DNA of 64,000 nucleotides from an uncultured Planctomycetota bacterium (GCA_963849325.1 CAWKHF010000012.1:64001-128000), one strand, 5' to 3'; counted from the first letter of the stretch, positions 9,456-20,496 are shown. Translations and numbers: made by a program. The notes: a model not told the origin generated them from the letters alone.

Positions 9456-11628
9456 ATGTTGCGATCTCGCTTGTCGTTTATCGTGGCCGTGATATTTCTC
9501 TGTCCGTCGCTGCTTTCTGCGGCCAAGGTCAAGGTGTGGTACCAACACACACCGGCGCAGTACGACAAGGCCCAGCTCAAGCAGATGGTCGTCAGCAGCG
9601 AAGGCACGCTGCGGCTGTCGCGGCGGTTGCGACCGCTGGCCGGCCTCGACGCCGCCCACGTCTGGGACATGGTCGAGGACCGCGACGGCAACCTGTACGT
9701 CGCCACCGGCGACGAGGGCAAGATTTACACGCTGCCGCCGGAGGGCAAGCCGGTCGAGGTGTACGCTGGCGAGCAGAGCCAGATCTTGTGCCTGGCCGCG
9801 GCGTCCGACGGCAGTATCTACGCCGGCACCGGGCCGAACGGGCAGATCCTGCGCATCGATCCGCGCGGCGAAGGCAAGCTGTTCTGCGACGACCGGCGAA
9901 TCCTACGTCTGGTCGCTGGCCGTCGATCCGCGAGGCCAGGCGCTCTACGCCGGCACCGGGCCGCACGGGCCGCATCTATCGCATCGACGGCGAAGGCAAG
10001 GCGACCGTCTTCTACGCGACGCAGCAGGAGCACATCCTCTGCCTGGCCGCCGGCGCCGACGGCATGCTCTACGCCGGCACCGACAAGGGCGGCCTCGTCT
10101 ACCGCATCGACCCGCAGGGCAAGGGCTTCGTGCTCTACCAGGCCAAGCAGGCCGAGGTGCGTGCCTTGCGAGTGACGCCGGAGGCGGTCTACGCCGGCAC
10201 CAGCGCGCCGACGCTGCGTCGCCGCGGCGGCGGGGGCGGTCCAACCGCTCGCGGCGCGACCGTCGGCGCGCTCGACATCACTTCTTCCGAGCGGGTGTCC
10301 GATAAGAAGTCAAAAACGGATAAAAAAGAGACCGCAACAGGGAAAAAGACGGCGGCCTCGGAGGATCGGGAGGGATTCAAGTCGAACCCGGCGTCGGCCC
10401 CGTCGTCGCCGGCGAGCGGCGAGAACTCCGTCTATCGCATCGCTCCCGACGGCACCGTGCGCGAGGTCTTCCGCGAGAAAGCGATGGTGCTGAGCCTGCT
10501 GCGCCAAGGCGAGCACTTCTTCGTCGGCACCGGCATGGAGGGCCAGCTGTTCGAGGTCGACGAGGCCACGCGCGAGCGCAGCGAGATCGCCCGCCTCGAC
10601 CACGGCCAGATTCTGTGCCTGTGCCGCCGCCGCGACGGCTCCATCGTGCTCGGCACCGGCGATCCCGGCAAGCTGTACGTCCTCCAGGACCGCTACGCGG
10701 CCAGCGGCACGCGTGCTCTCCGAGGTGCTCGACGCCAAGATCATCAGCAAGTGGGGCGCGCTGCGCTGGGAGGGCGACACGCCGGAAGGGACGAGCGTGA
10801 GCGTGGCGGTGCGCAGCGGCAACGTCGCCGAGCCGGACGACACCTGGAGCGACTGGTCGGCCGAGCAGACCGACGCCGAACAGGCCGTGATCGCCGCGCC
10901 GGCGGCCCGCTTCCTGCAATACCGCGTCACGCTGGCCACCGACCAACCCCGAACAGCACGCCCTCCGTGCGCGCCGTGACGCTGCGCTACATGACGACCA
11001 ACCAGGCGCCGGAGATCACCAAGGTCGAGGCGCCGGACCTCAACGCCGTCAACCTGGACAACCCCAAGAAGCTCAAGTTCAAGTGGTCGGCCGTCGATGC
11101 CAACGAGGACGATCTGACCTATCGCGTTCTACGTCCGCAAGGACGGCTGGAAGAACTGGGTGGAGCTGGAAGACGACCTCGACAAGACGGAATACGAATG
11201 GGACACGACGACCACGCCGTCGGGCATCTACCGCGTGAAGGTGACGGCCAGCGACCGCAAGGACAACCCCGAGGGCGAGGCGCTGACGGCCGAGCGAGTC
11301 AGTCCGCCCTTCGTGGTCTGCCACGACGGCGCCGGCGGTGACCGTGAAGGCGGCGGGCATCGAGGGCGATCAGGTCATCCTGGAAGCGACGGCACGGTCG
11401 CCGCTGGTGCGCCTGACCGCGGCGTCGTTCGCGGTCAACGGCAAGAAGTGGGTCAACGTCTTCCCGACGGACGGCCTGTTCGACAGCAAGGCCGAGACGT
11501 TCCGGTTCAAGACCGAGGGGCTGAAGCCGGGCACCTATGTGGTGGTGCTGCGCGTGCGCGACGCGGCGGGCAACACCGGATCGGCGGATGTGGTTTTCAA
11601 CGTGCAGCCGAAAGCGGCGGCGAAGTGA
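9456..11628 (+). CDS. Exported beta-propeller repeat protein with C-terminal beta-sandwich domains (frameshifted)
   Basis: Signal peptide; repeated xYAGTGxxGxIYRI blades (LYVATGDEGKIY, IYAGTGPNGQILRI, LYAGTDKGGLVYRI, VGTGMEGQLFEV, LGTGDPGKLY); C-terminal YRVKVTASD and VRDAAGN. Confidence 0.75.
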
Positions 11629-11646
11629 ACCAAATCATGATGCCGT

Positions 11647-11704
11647 CCGAGCCGCGACCGTCAGGGAGTGGGGCTTTCTCCGCTCCCTGACGGTCGCGGC
11701 TCGG
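11647..11704. repeat. REP-like palindrome, family A
   Basis: ccgagccgcgaccgtcagggag...ctccctgacggtcgcggctcgg between convergent genes; copies at 22319, 29226, 41968 and 63799. Confidence 0.9.
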
Positions 11705-11711
11705 TTTGGTC

Positions 11712-12703
11712 TCAACTTGTCGTCATTCGCAGCAGTACCTTCCCCTGTCGTCCTGGCTGCGCCGCCTGGTGGACGGCGGCGTGGATGTCCGTCAGCGGAA
11801 AGCTCGGACCCACTTCCGAGACGAGCACGCCGGCGCGGATGAGTTTGCCAATCTTCCGAAACAGCCACAGCATCGTCCACGGCTTCTGATCGCGCACCCA
11901 CTCCGATAGCCAGAAGCCCTCGACCCGTTTCCGGCCGATCATCAGCGCGGGGATCGAGACTCAACGGCTCGCCGGCGAGGGTGCCGTAGGCGAGCATTCG
12001 ACCGCCGCGCCCCAGGGTGCGAACGACCTCCGAACCCGTCATCCCGCCTACCGCGTCCAGAGCGAAACGCACGCCATCGCCGCCGGTGGCGGCCTGGACC
12101 TTCTCGGTCAGCGATTCGTCGTTGGTGGCGATGGCCGCTGTGCCGCCCAGGCGCAGCAACTCCTCGGCCTGTTCGGAGCGGCGCACGACGTTGAGGGTGC
12201 GGAAGCCGAAACGCTGACCCAACCGGATGACCATGCGGCCCAGCGTGCTCGCCGCCGCCGTCTGCAGCAGCCAGGCGCCGGCCGGCACCTTCAAGACGTA
12301 GCGCGTCATGACGAGGGCGCTGGCCGGGTTGATGAAGAACGTGGCCGCCTGCTCGTCGCTCAGCTCCTTGGGGATGGGGACGGCCTGTCGCGCCGGGATG
12401 ACGACGTGTTCTTTCCAGTTGCCGTTGCCGCTATTGAGGACGGCGACGCGCCGGCCCATCACTCGCCGCGCCAGCAGGCCGGAGCCAGACTCGACGACGC
12501 CGACGCCCTCAAAGCCGGGCGTCGCAGGCAGCGGCGGCTGTCGTCCGTACTGGCCGCGCACCAGCAGCAAGTCGGAGGGGTTGATCGGACTGGCGATCAT
12601 GCGCAGCGCGCACCTCGCCGCGCCGCGGCTCCGGCTGCGGCACGTCGCGCACTTGCAACACTTCTTCCGGCTCGCCCCATTTCTCGCAGACGATGGCTTT
12701 CAT
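11712..12703 (-). CDS. MDR-family NAD(P)H oxidoreductase (quinone oxidoreductase / enoyl-thioester reductase-like; frameshifted)
   Basis: MKAIVCEKWGEPEEVL, ASPINPSDL, PGFEGVGVV, LLQTAAASTLG, DAVGG, GKVLL. Confidence 0.88.
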
Positions 12704-12728
12704 GGTCTCCTTTCTAGCGGCTTTCCTT

Positions 12729-13114
12729 TCATGGTGGCTCTTGAAATAGCACGAGAGAAGGAAGGACGGTCTGCATCAACGCGAAATGTTGGTCTCGCGT
12801 CCACCGTTCGATTCCATGCTCGATGGCCACGCACGCCAGAATGACGTCAGGAAAGGGGACCGTTACCCCGCCAGCCCGTGAGGCTGCGAGAGCGTCGCCA
12901 ACAGCGTCCCAGATTGCATCGAGGATCGTGACTTGCGTCAGGGTGTTCAACTGATTGAGCAGCCGTTGTCGATCCGCGGGATTTCGCGCTCCGTGCATCA
13001 CCTCGGCGAGGTGATCCCGCAGATGGCCGCCTGATGGGTCTGGAGCAAGCCCAGGACCTTCGGATCGGGCTTCTTCAGATAACCGATGAGGACGTTGGCA
13101 TCAACGAGAATCAT
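12729..13114 (-). CDS. vapC: PIN-domain (VapC-like) toxin (frameshifted)
   Basis: MILVDANVLI...AEVMHGAR...PFPDVILACVAIEHGIERWTRDQHF, with the acidic PIN residues. Confidence 0.85.
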
Positions 13115-13142
13115 GGCAGGAGGTCGTTCGCGTGTCGGAGGT

Positions 13143-13358
13143 CTATCTGATCTTGCTCTCTCTGGGCCTCGAAATCGTAATCCGTAATTTCTCGGGCAAG
13201 GCGATCGAAGACCGTCCAATCGCCGGTCCCAGGCCGAATGCCGGCGAGCGACTCCTCTCCAGCACGATAATTTCAATCGTCTGCTCGACGAGTGGGCGTA
13301 ACTCGGGCAGGTTCAAGGTTTCCGAATCCAACTTTTTGCGAATGCGAATCGCCTTCAT
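13143..13358 (-). CDS. Small putative antitoxin upstream of the PIN toxin
   Basis: MKAIRIRKKLDSETLNLPELRPLVEQTIEIIVLE; short and co-oriented immediately upstream of the PIN gene. The 3' end is uncertain. Confidence 0.55.
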   Translation of the reverse strand: MKAIRIRKKLDSETLNLPELRPLVEQTIEIIVLERSRSPAFGLGPAIGRSSIALPEKLRITISRPRESKIR

Positions 13359-13509
13359 GGGATTGCCCTCAAGGATTTCTTCCATTATACCTGCCATCGA
13401 GCCACTGTCCGAACCTGCCGCACCGACGGCCGGTTAGCGGTGCGGGCTTGATTCCGAGCGTGGAAAGCCAGAAAATCTCTTGGGCAGTTCCCGGGGAGGA
13501 GAAATCGTC

Positions 13510-13761
13510 ATGACTTATGAGCAAGCACGGCAATACCTGTGGCGAGAGCCGTTTCAACCTGTGCGCATCCGCCTGAAAGACGGGCGAACCTTTGACATTC
13601 GCCATAGCGGCTGGACGCTGGCCGCGGAGGCCCTCTTGATCGTTGGCCTCCCGCCGGAGGATGATCCCAACTCCCGGTTTTCCGACCGCTCGGTATGGGT
13701 GCGATGGCCGGAAGTGGACGCCATCGAGTTACTGTCCGAACCGGCCGCCCCGACCGTGTGA
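13510..13761 (+). CDS. Small hypothetical protein (RxPFQPxRxxLxxG family)
   Basis: RBS ggaggag; MTYEQARQYLWREPFQPVRIRLKDGRTFDIRH; paralogue directly downstream. Confidence 0.75.
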   Translation: MTYEQARQYLWREPFQPVRIRLKDGRTFDIRHSGWTLAAEALLIVGLPPEDDPNSRFSDRSVWVRWPEVDAIELLSEPAAPTV

Positions 13762-13775
13762 GGGAGGACGCGCCC

Positions 13776-14000
13776 ATGCGACAAGATGATCTGGCCGAAT
13801 ATCTGGATCGTCAGCCGTTCCAGCCGTTTCGCCTTTATCTTTCCACAGGAGCCTTTGTGGACATCCGTCAGCCGCAATTAGCACGGATCACTCGCTCGAC
13901 CCTCACCCTCGGCTTACCCATTGAAGGAAACCAACAACGCTTCCTGGTGATCGCCTTGATTCACATCGTCTGGCTCGAAATCCTGGTTCCCGCACCGTGA
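13776..14000 (+). CDS. Small hypothetical protein (RxPFQPxRxxLxxG family), second paralogue
   Basis: RBS ggagga; MRQDDLAEYLDRQPFQPFRLYLSTGAFVDIRQP. Confidence 0.75.
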   Translation: MRQDDLAEYLDRQPFQPFRLYLSTGAFVDIRQPQLARITRSTLTLGLPIEGNQQRFLVIALIHIVWLEILVPAP

Positions 14001-14022
14001 CGCCGCTCGCCGTGCGGAAATC

Positions 14023-17000
14023 TCACTTGCCGATCTCCGCTTTGTTTTTCAGCCATTTCTCGCGCAGCCGCGTGAACCAATCGCCGTCCTTGGGAGCGGG
14101 TCCGGGCAGCAGCGCGCCGATGTAGCCCGGCCAGGCGCCGCCGGCGCCGCCTTTGGCCAACGGGCTATCGGCAGCAACGCGCCAGAAATTGGGGTGTGCC
14201 GGATCCCGGGAGAGGAACTCCGCCCGATCGACAATGTCGCCGGGCGCCTGCGGGAAGACGGCGTGAGTTGCCTCCGCGGGCAGCAGACGCAGGTAACAAT
14301 TGTGGCCCACGTTCCAGGCACGAGCCGCTGCCGCCTGCCGGATGACGTTCGGGGCCGTCAAAAACCAGGAAGCCGGGCTTGATGGAGAGGTTATTCTGGA
14401 TGGCTACCGCCCCACGCGGGAAATGCTCGCCGACGAACAGGGGACACCATCCGGAGGACATGGTGTTGTTGCTCACCTCGAGAGCGCCTACCGCTCGGAC
14501 ATTGCCGATTCCGAGGTTGTAGTTCGCACCGGGGCCCTCGAAGATGTTCTGCCGGATGACGGCCTGTTGATAGCCGGCGTCCTCATACAATTTCATCAAC
14601 GGCCGGTTCTTGCACGAATCCTGGAAGTAATTGTGATAGACGAGGACGGACACGTCCTTGTTTCCTGAGCTGCTTATACGGAGTCCGCCCTCGATCCAGC
14701 ATTCACGCACACAGAACAACTTGTAGGAGCGTTCTTTTGTGTAAAGGTTGAAGAAGACGCTGTCCCAACTGCCTATGTTATGCTTGGCCTGAACTCGGCA
14801 GTTCTCCAGGACGAAGCCGCCCTGATTGACGAACAACCCGCCTCCGGTGGGGCCGCCTTCCGGCTTTGCCAGGGCATCGACGCTCGGGAAGATGAGATGG
14901 AACCCACTCAGCCGGAAGCCCCCGGCACCCATCCAAACGTGACCGAGGTACTGGTCCAGCCCGAGGAACTTCTCGGCCGATCGGGGTAGTTCGCGCAGCT
15001 CCAGCACGGTCTGCACGTCGCTGACGAGTCCCGTGTCCTCCGGAAGATCATGCACTTCCAGTCGCTCGAAATACGGGCCGCGGTCCAGTACCTTCACAAC
15101 CTCGTGGGGTTTCAGTACGTCCAGCGCCGCCTGGATGGTCTGGAACTGGCCCTTGCCGTCCTGCGAGACGGTGAGGATTGTGCGTCCCTTCAGCCATTCC
15201 GTCAGCGGCGGCGGCTCCGCTATCTGAACCGGGGCTGAGAGCGGTTTGTAAGCGGAGGCCATGTCGCCCCAGCGCTGGCGCAATCGCGTGAACCAATCGC
15301 CGTCCTTGGGAGCGGGGCCGGGTGGGAAGGCGCCGATGTAGCTCGGCCAGGCACCGCCGGCGCCACCCTTGGCCTGCGGACTGTCGGCAGGAATGTGCAG
15401 GTAATCCGGGTGGGTCGGATCCAGGGAAAGAAATTCGGGAACGGCCAGAACGTCGCTAGGGGACTTGGGCAACGACCGCAACCCCGTGTAGCAGTTATGA
15501 TCCACCTGCCAGTTCTGGATGGCCTCCGCTCGAACCGTGGACGCCTCGCGCTCCAGAATGAGGGCCGCCTCCGAGATGTTATTGCGAACCGAGATTCCTT
15601 GCTTGGGAGCGGCGCGGTCAAAGGCCAGGATGGGGCGGTGGGCGGCGAGGACGGCGGTGTTGTTGCTGATTTCAATGATCTTCGGCGTTTCCTTCACCTG
15701 GAGGAAATAGATGCCGCTTCGGGGAAAGTCGAACACATTCTGTCGAATGAGGAGCTTGTGAATGCCCTGTCCTGTTTTGGCGTTAACGTTTCCGCCGAAA
15801 ACGCCGCCCTTGAAATAATTCCGCTCGACCACGAGGGACGGTGCTCGGCCGGACCATCCTGATAAAGATAGACTTACGGTGTCAAAGAGACAGTTTCGGA
15901 CGAAGACCGGTTTGGGGTTCGGGTTCCTGTCGTCAAAAGAGAGAGTAAATTCCGGGATAGCAGCCGTGGGACTGGCGCAGCGGAAGTGACAATCTTCCAT
16001 GACGACCTCGGAAGTGCGCTGCCAGCTCATGATCTCGCCGCCGCCCTTCAGCGGTGGGGCTAGCAGACGTAGACCGCTCAGGCGGAAGCTGCCCAGAGGT
16101 GCGAAGGCATGGCCCAAACTCCAGCCGCTGGCTAAAACCTGCCATGGCGGCAATTCGAGCACGGTCTGTTGCTCGCTGATCAAGCCCGTATCTTCCGGCA
16201 ACTTGGAGGCGCGTAATATTTCCCGGTACGGCCCGCGGTCAAGCACCTTGACTACCTGATGCGGCTTAAGGGCGTCCAGCGCCGCCTGGATGGTCTTGAA
16301 CTGGCCTTTGCCGTCCTGCGAGACGGTGAGGATTGTGCGTCCCTTGAGCCATTCCGTCAGCGGCGGCGGCTCCGGTATCTGGACGGGAGGCGAGACCTTC
16401 GCCGCGTCCGGGTCATCGTGAGCGCCCTGGCGTGATGACGACTTTTTATCCTCTTCATTATCCTTTACTACAACACTACCGCCTGCCGGCACGTGGACCC
16501 TGGCGATTTCATCGCCCTGTTTGTTGCGCACGATGACGATGACCGCCAGCAGCACCGCGAGCAGCAGAGCACCGGCCGCCACGGCCACGGCGAGACGTCG
16601 CCGACGCCGTGGGGAGGCCGGAGCAGGCACGACCGCGACGACAGCGGGTTTTTTCACCTCGATGGTGCTCAGCGCCTCCGTCACTTCGCCGGCCGTGGCC
16701 GGACGTTGTGCTGGATCCTTGGCGAGCAGACGCATAATCAGGTCGGCCAGCGCCGGCGGCACGTCGGCGTTGAGTTCACTCACCGATTTCGGCTGCTCGG
16801 TCGCCAGGGCCAGCAGCAAGCTCATCGTGTTGTCGCCCTTGAACGGCAGCTGACCCGTACACAGCCGATAGAGCACGCAGCCAAGGCTGTACAGATCGCA
16901 GCGTGCATCCACCGTGTCGCCGCGCGCCTGCTCGGGCGGCATGTACGCCGGCGTGCCGACAATGGCCCCGCTCTGCGTCAGGTGGACGTCCTCGGCGTTG

Positions 17001-18083
17001 GTCCGAGCCAGGCCGAAATCGAGGATCTTGGCCCGGCCGCGCTTGCCCTCCAGCCAGACGTTGCCGGGCTTGATGTCGCGGTGAATCAGGCCGTGCTCGT
17101 GCGCCGCCGCCAAGCCGTCGGCGATCTCGCGGCCGATGCGCAGCACCTCGGCCAAGGGCAGCTTGCCCTCACGCTTGATGCGGTCCTCCAGCGATTCGCC
17201 CTCCAGAAACTCCATTGCCAAAAACGGAGCGCCGCGGTCCTCGCCGACCTGGTGGATGGTGACGATGTGATCGTGCTTGAGCTGGGCGGCGGCGCGGGCC
17301 TCACGGATGAAGCGTTGACGGGCCGAATCGTTGGCGGCCAGGGCCGGCAGCATGGCCTTGATGGCGACGAGGCGTTGCAGCTGCGGATCTTCGGCGCGGA
17401 AGACGACGCCCATACCGCCGGCGCCCAGCACCTTCAGCACGCGGTACGGCCCGAGCCGGCCGATCTCGTCCGGCGCCTGGGCGGGGGCGAGGAAGGAACA
17501 AAACTCCTTCTCCTTGTCGCTCAGCGATGCCCCCGCCAGCTTTGTCGGCTCGATCTTGGTTTCCAGGGACGCATCGCCGCTTTGGCGGGGCCGCTGATCG
17601 ATCGTCTCCATTCCTTCCGGCGGCGCCGAGCGCGTCTCCGATTTCGGCGCGGGGAGCGTCCGGGGCCGGAGCCACCCGGCCGCAGCGAGGGCACTTGACC
17701 TTTTTGCCGGCGGCCTCGTTCTTGACGCGCAACGGCTTACCGCAACCGCCACAGGAGAATGCGAACGTGCCGGCCGGACCCACAGCCTTCGTGGCGACGA
17801 TGCTCCCCGCCGCCGAGGGCGCATCGGCGGACGATCGCCGCAGCTGGATCAAGCGCTGGATCAGCGGCGCGAGGTGCTTGTCCTCCGCCGTGCCGGGAGA
17901 CGCCTGCGCCCGCCGAATCCATTCGACCAAGGTGTCCTGCGCCGGCAACGCCTGGATCTCCCGCGCGCAGGAGTCGCACGCCTCCAGGTGCCGCAACAGC
18001 GCTTCCTTGTCGGCGTCCGCCAGCTGGCCGGAAGCCAGACCGTGGTAAGCGCGGATGTCCGGGCAAGAGGTCGATGCGGTCAT
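14023..18083 (-). CDS. Membrane Ser/Thr protein kinase: zf-HC2 + zinc ribbon + kinase + TM + two beta-helix (pectin-lyase-like) modules (frameshifted)
   Basis: HLEACDSC; CGGC...CPRC; LGAGGMGVV, VAIK, HRDIKPGN, DFGLAR, GTPAYMPPEQ; TM LAVAVAAGALLLAVLLAVIVIV; duplicated TVSQDGKGQFxTIQAALD modules. Stitched from 17301..18083, 14165..17824 and 14023..14361. Confidence 0.9.
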
Positions 18084-18183
18084 GGCGTACTCCTGGCGAT
18101 CGGACGACTTCGGCCGGGGATCGAGTACACATCTACCGTAAGTACGTATGCGACGTTGAAACTATACGCGAAAAAATCCAGTC

Positions 18184-18750
18184 TCAGTCCAACATGCCGG
18201 CCATCTCCTGGCGCAGGCGGTCGAGGACGCGGAAGCGAGCGGCATAGACCGCGCCGACGGTCAGACCCAACTCGACAGCGACATCCGCGGCCGGCCGGCC
18301 CTCGACGACCTGTCGCCAGAACGCCTTCCACGTCGCCGGCTGAAAATCGCGGCTCATGACGGCCAGCGCCCGGCCGACCAGCTTCTGCCGAAATTCCGCC
18401 TCCCAGAACTGTTCGGAGTCTTCGGCGGGCAGTTGGTCCTCCCAGGAGGCGGGGGCGGCCGCGACCGGCAATCGCTCCTCCTTCCGTCGGCGGTCGCGCC
18501 ACTTGTTGAGCGTGACGGTACGCAGCCAGCGGCGGAAGCTCTTGTGGCGATCGTACTCGAACGTCGGCAGCGTCTGAACGAGGGTGACGAAGACTTCCTG
18601 CACCAGGTCGGCGGCGTCCGGCTCCTGCAAACCGACCTGTCGGGCCCAGGAGTAGATGAGCGGAGAATAAAGCAGGACCAGCCGCTCCCACGCCTCCGGG
18701 GCGTTGGATTGGCGCAAACGTTCGAGCAAGCTGACAGGCGTTCGAGTCAT
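18184..18750 (-). CDS. ECF sigma-70 factor, kinase-associated planctomycete type
   Basis: TPVSLLERLR...AWERLVLLYSPLI...DAADLVQEVF...SFRRWLRTV...AADVAVELGLTVGAVYAARFRVLDRLR. Confidence 0.92.
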   Translation of the reverse strand: MTRTPVSLLERLRQSNAPEAWERLVLLYSPLIYSWARQVGLQEPDAADLVQEVFVTLVQTLPTFEYDRHKSFRRWLRTVTLNKWRDRRRKEERLPVAAAPASWEDQLPAEDSEQFWEAEFRQKLVGRALAVMSRDFQPATWKAFWRQVVEGRPAADVAVELGLTVGAVYAARFRVLDRLRQEMAGMLD

Positions 18751-18969
18751 GGCATGTCGATGGGCGGACGGTGAAAGATCCGTTGTGGCCTCCAGGAGGC
18801 GAGTCCGTTCCGACGTAAGGGATCGCTGAAAGAAGATCGTAACGGAGGAGTGGAGGCGGGGACAAGCGTATTTCCGTCGAGAATGCCGATTCACCCTTTG
18901 CCTAAGTGGTTGTGAGAAAGCCCCGCCTGGTAGAATGGTCTCGGCAAGCTCAAGGGCAAGGAGAGAACG

Positions 18970-19281
18970 ATGAGTGAAACCTTGGAGAGCGTGGCGCAAC
19001 GCCTCGCCGCGGTGGAGCGCGAATTGGCCGTCGTTCGGGAGCGCCTGCGTCTTCTGACGCCGGGGGAGGAAATGCCGGCCGATCACAACGTCCCCATGCT
19101 GCGTGAGGCGAGGGCCAACCAGGCGGCCCTCGCCGTCACGGCGCAAGAAGTCTTCGCGGCCCTGGGCATTTCCGGTGAGCCGGTCGAGGCGGAGGCAGCC
19201 CAGCGGCAGATGCTGTCCGAAGGCGTTCGAGCCGAGGACAACACTTTCAGCCGCGACCTCATCGACATGCGGGACGAGTGA
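18970..19281 (+). CDS. Putative antitoxin with coiled-coil N-terminus
   Basis: 103-aa ORF ending 4 bp before a PIN gene. Confidence 0.65.
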   Translation: MSETLESVAQRLAAVERELAVVRERLRLLTPGEEMPADHNVPMLREARANQAALAVTAQEVFAALGISGEPVEAEAAQRQMLSEGVRAEDNTFSRDLIDMRDE

Positions 19282-19285
19282 CGCG

Positions 19286-19784
19286 ATGCGGCTCTTTCTG
19301 CTGGATGCCAGCGCTCTCGTCAAACGCTACGCCGTCGAGGCCGGCACGCCTCTGCTCAATCATCTGTTCGCGCAGGCGACGACGGCGCGGCTGCTGTGCC
19401 TGACATTAGGGGTGGCCGAAGTGGCGGCGACTCTGGCGCGAAAACGAAACCGGGGCGATCTTACCTCGACGGCCTATACTCTGGCGATGGAGAGCGCTGC
19501 GCTCGGAAGTGCTGAGGACAGGCGGTCTGGTCAAACTTCTCGCCGACGATCACTTGATTCTTCGCTCCTTGTCGCTATCGGAACGGCATACGATCAACGC
19601 CACGGACGCCGTGGTCTTGCAGGTCGCCCTCGACCTCGCCCCCACGCTCCGTACCAGCGGCGACGATCTTGTGCTGGTGGCCGCTGATCGGCGACTGTTG
19701 CAAGCGGCTCGTGCCGAGGGGTTGGCCGTCTTCGACCCGGAATCGCAGATCCAGGCCGATCTCGATGTATTGCTCGTTCCCTGA
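19286..19784 (+). CDS. vapC: PIN-domain (VapC-like) toxin (frameshifted)
   Basis: MRLFLLDASALVKRYAVEAG...AEVAATLARK; NATDAVVLQVAL...LVAADRRLLQAARAEGLAVFDP. Confidence 0.88.
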
Positions 19785-19825
19785 AGCGTCAGATAGTCGC
19801 TTTGAAGTCAGGAGAAGGAGAAATC

Positions 19826-19885
19826 AGAAATCAGGGTGTCAGGAATCCTTTACGGTCTGAAAAGGTTCTTGACACCCTGATTTCT
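19826..19885. repeat. Long inverted repeat between convergent genes (REP-like or bidirectional terminator)
   Basis: agaaatcagggtgtcaggaatccttt-acggtctg-aaaaggttcttgacaccctgatttct. Confidence 0.75.
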
Positions 19886-20496
19886 CAACTAGATGATGCT
19901 GAAGGGGTAGATGGTCTGTCTTCCACGGCGGCAAGGCGACCCGATAGGGAGTGAACTTCCTCTTCAAGTGCCTTTACCCGTCGAAGCATGTTCCCCTCCT
20001 CTGGGTCCGCTGGCAGGTTCATCCGCCGCTTGCGGTCGTAGCTGATGCCTACATAGGGCAGCGCCCTCTTCACGTTGTTTCCAGTAATCCGAAAACCCAG
20101 ACCTTCGGAACAACGATACGCGATCACATCGAGATCCAGTTCTTGGCCCGTAACTTCCTCCTTCATCCTGTCCAGTTCTTTACAGAGCAGGTAAAACTCC
20201 CGCCCGTTCAGTTTATTTCTAATGCGCTGCCTCGTTCTTATCGCACCCCCACTCTCCTGAGAGTAACAAGGTTTTGGAAGAACCTGGCCTTGGAAACGGG
20301 AGATGCCTAACGCCTTCAACGTGGGGATAACCTCGTCAACAGGCACCTCGAATTGTAGTTGTTCAGACACCTTCCGGGCTATGTCCCGCAGGTCGATCCC
20401 TTCCCCCTCAATTTGAGGCTTCATCCTCTCGACCTCTTTCCCCAGAAGATACTGTTGTCGAGGAGTTAACTTTCCGAGCCGAGTACTCTGGTTCAT
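19885..20496 (-). CDS. Low-GC hypothetical protein with two tandem ~58-aa helical repeats and a C-terminal coiled coil
   Basis: Intact ORF with RBS aaggag before GTG/ATG; internal duplication KLxxRxxYLLxKExxRMK...GIS. Confidence 0.75.
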   Translation of the reverse strand: MNQSTRLGKLTPRQQYLLGKEVERMKPQIEGEGIDLRDIARKVSEQLQFEVPVDEVIPTLKALGISRFQGQVLPKPCYSQESGGAIRTRQRIRNKLNGREFYLLCKELDRMKEEVTGQELDLDVIAYRCSEGLGFRITGNNVKRALPYVGISYDRKRRMNLPADPEEGNMLRRVKALEEEVHSLSGRLAAVEDRPSTPSASSS

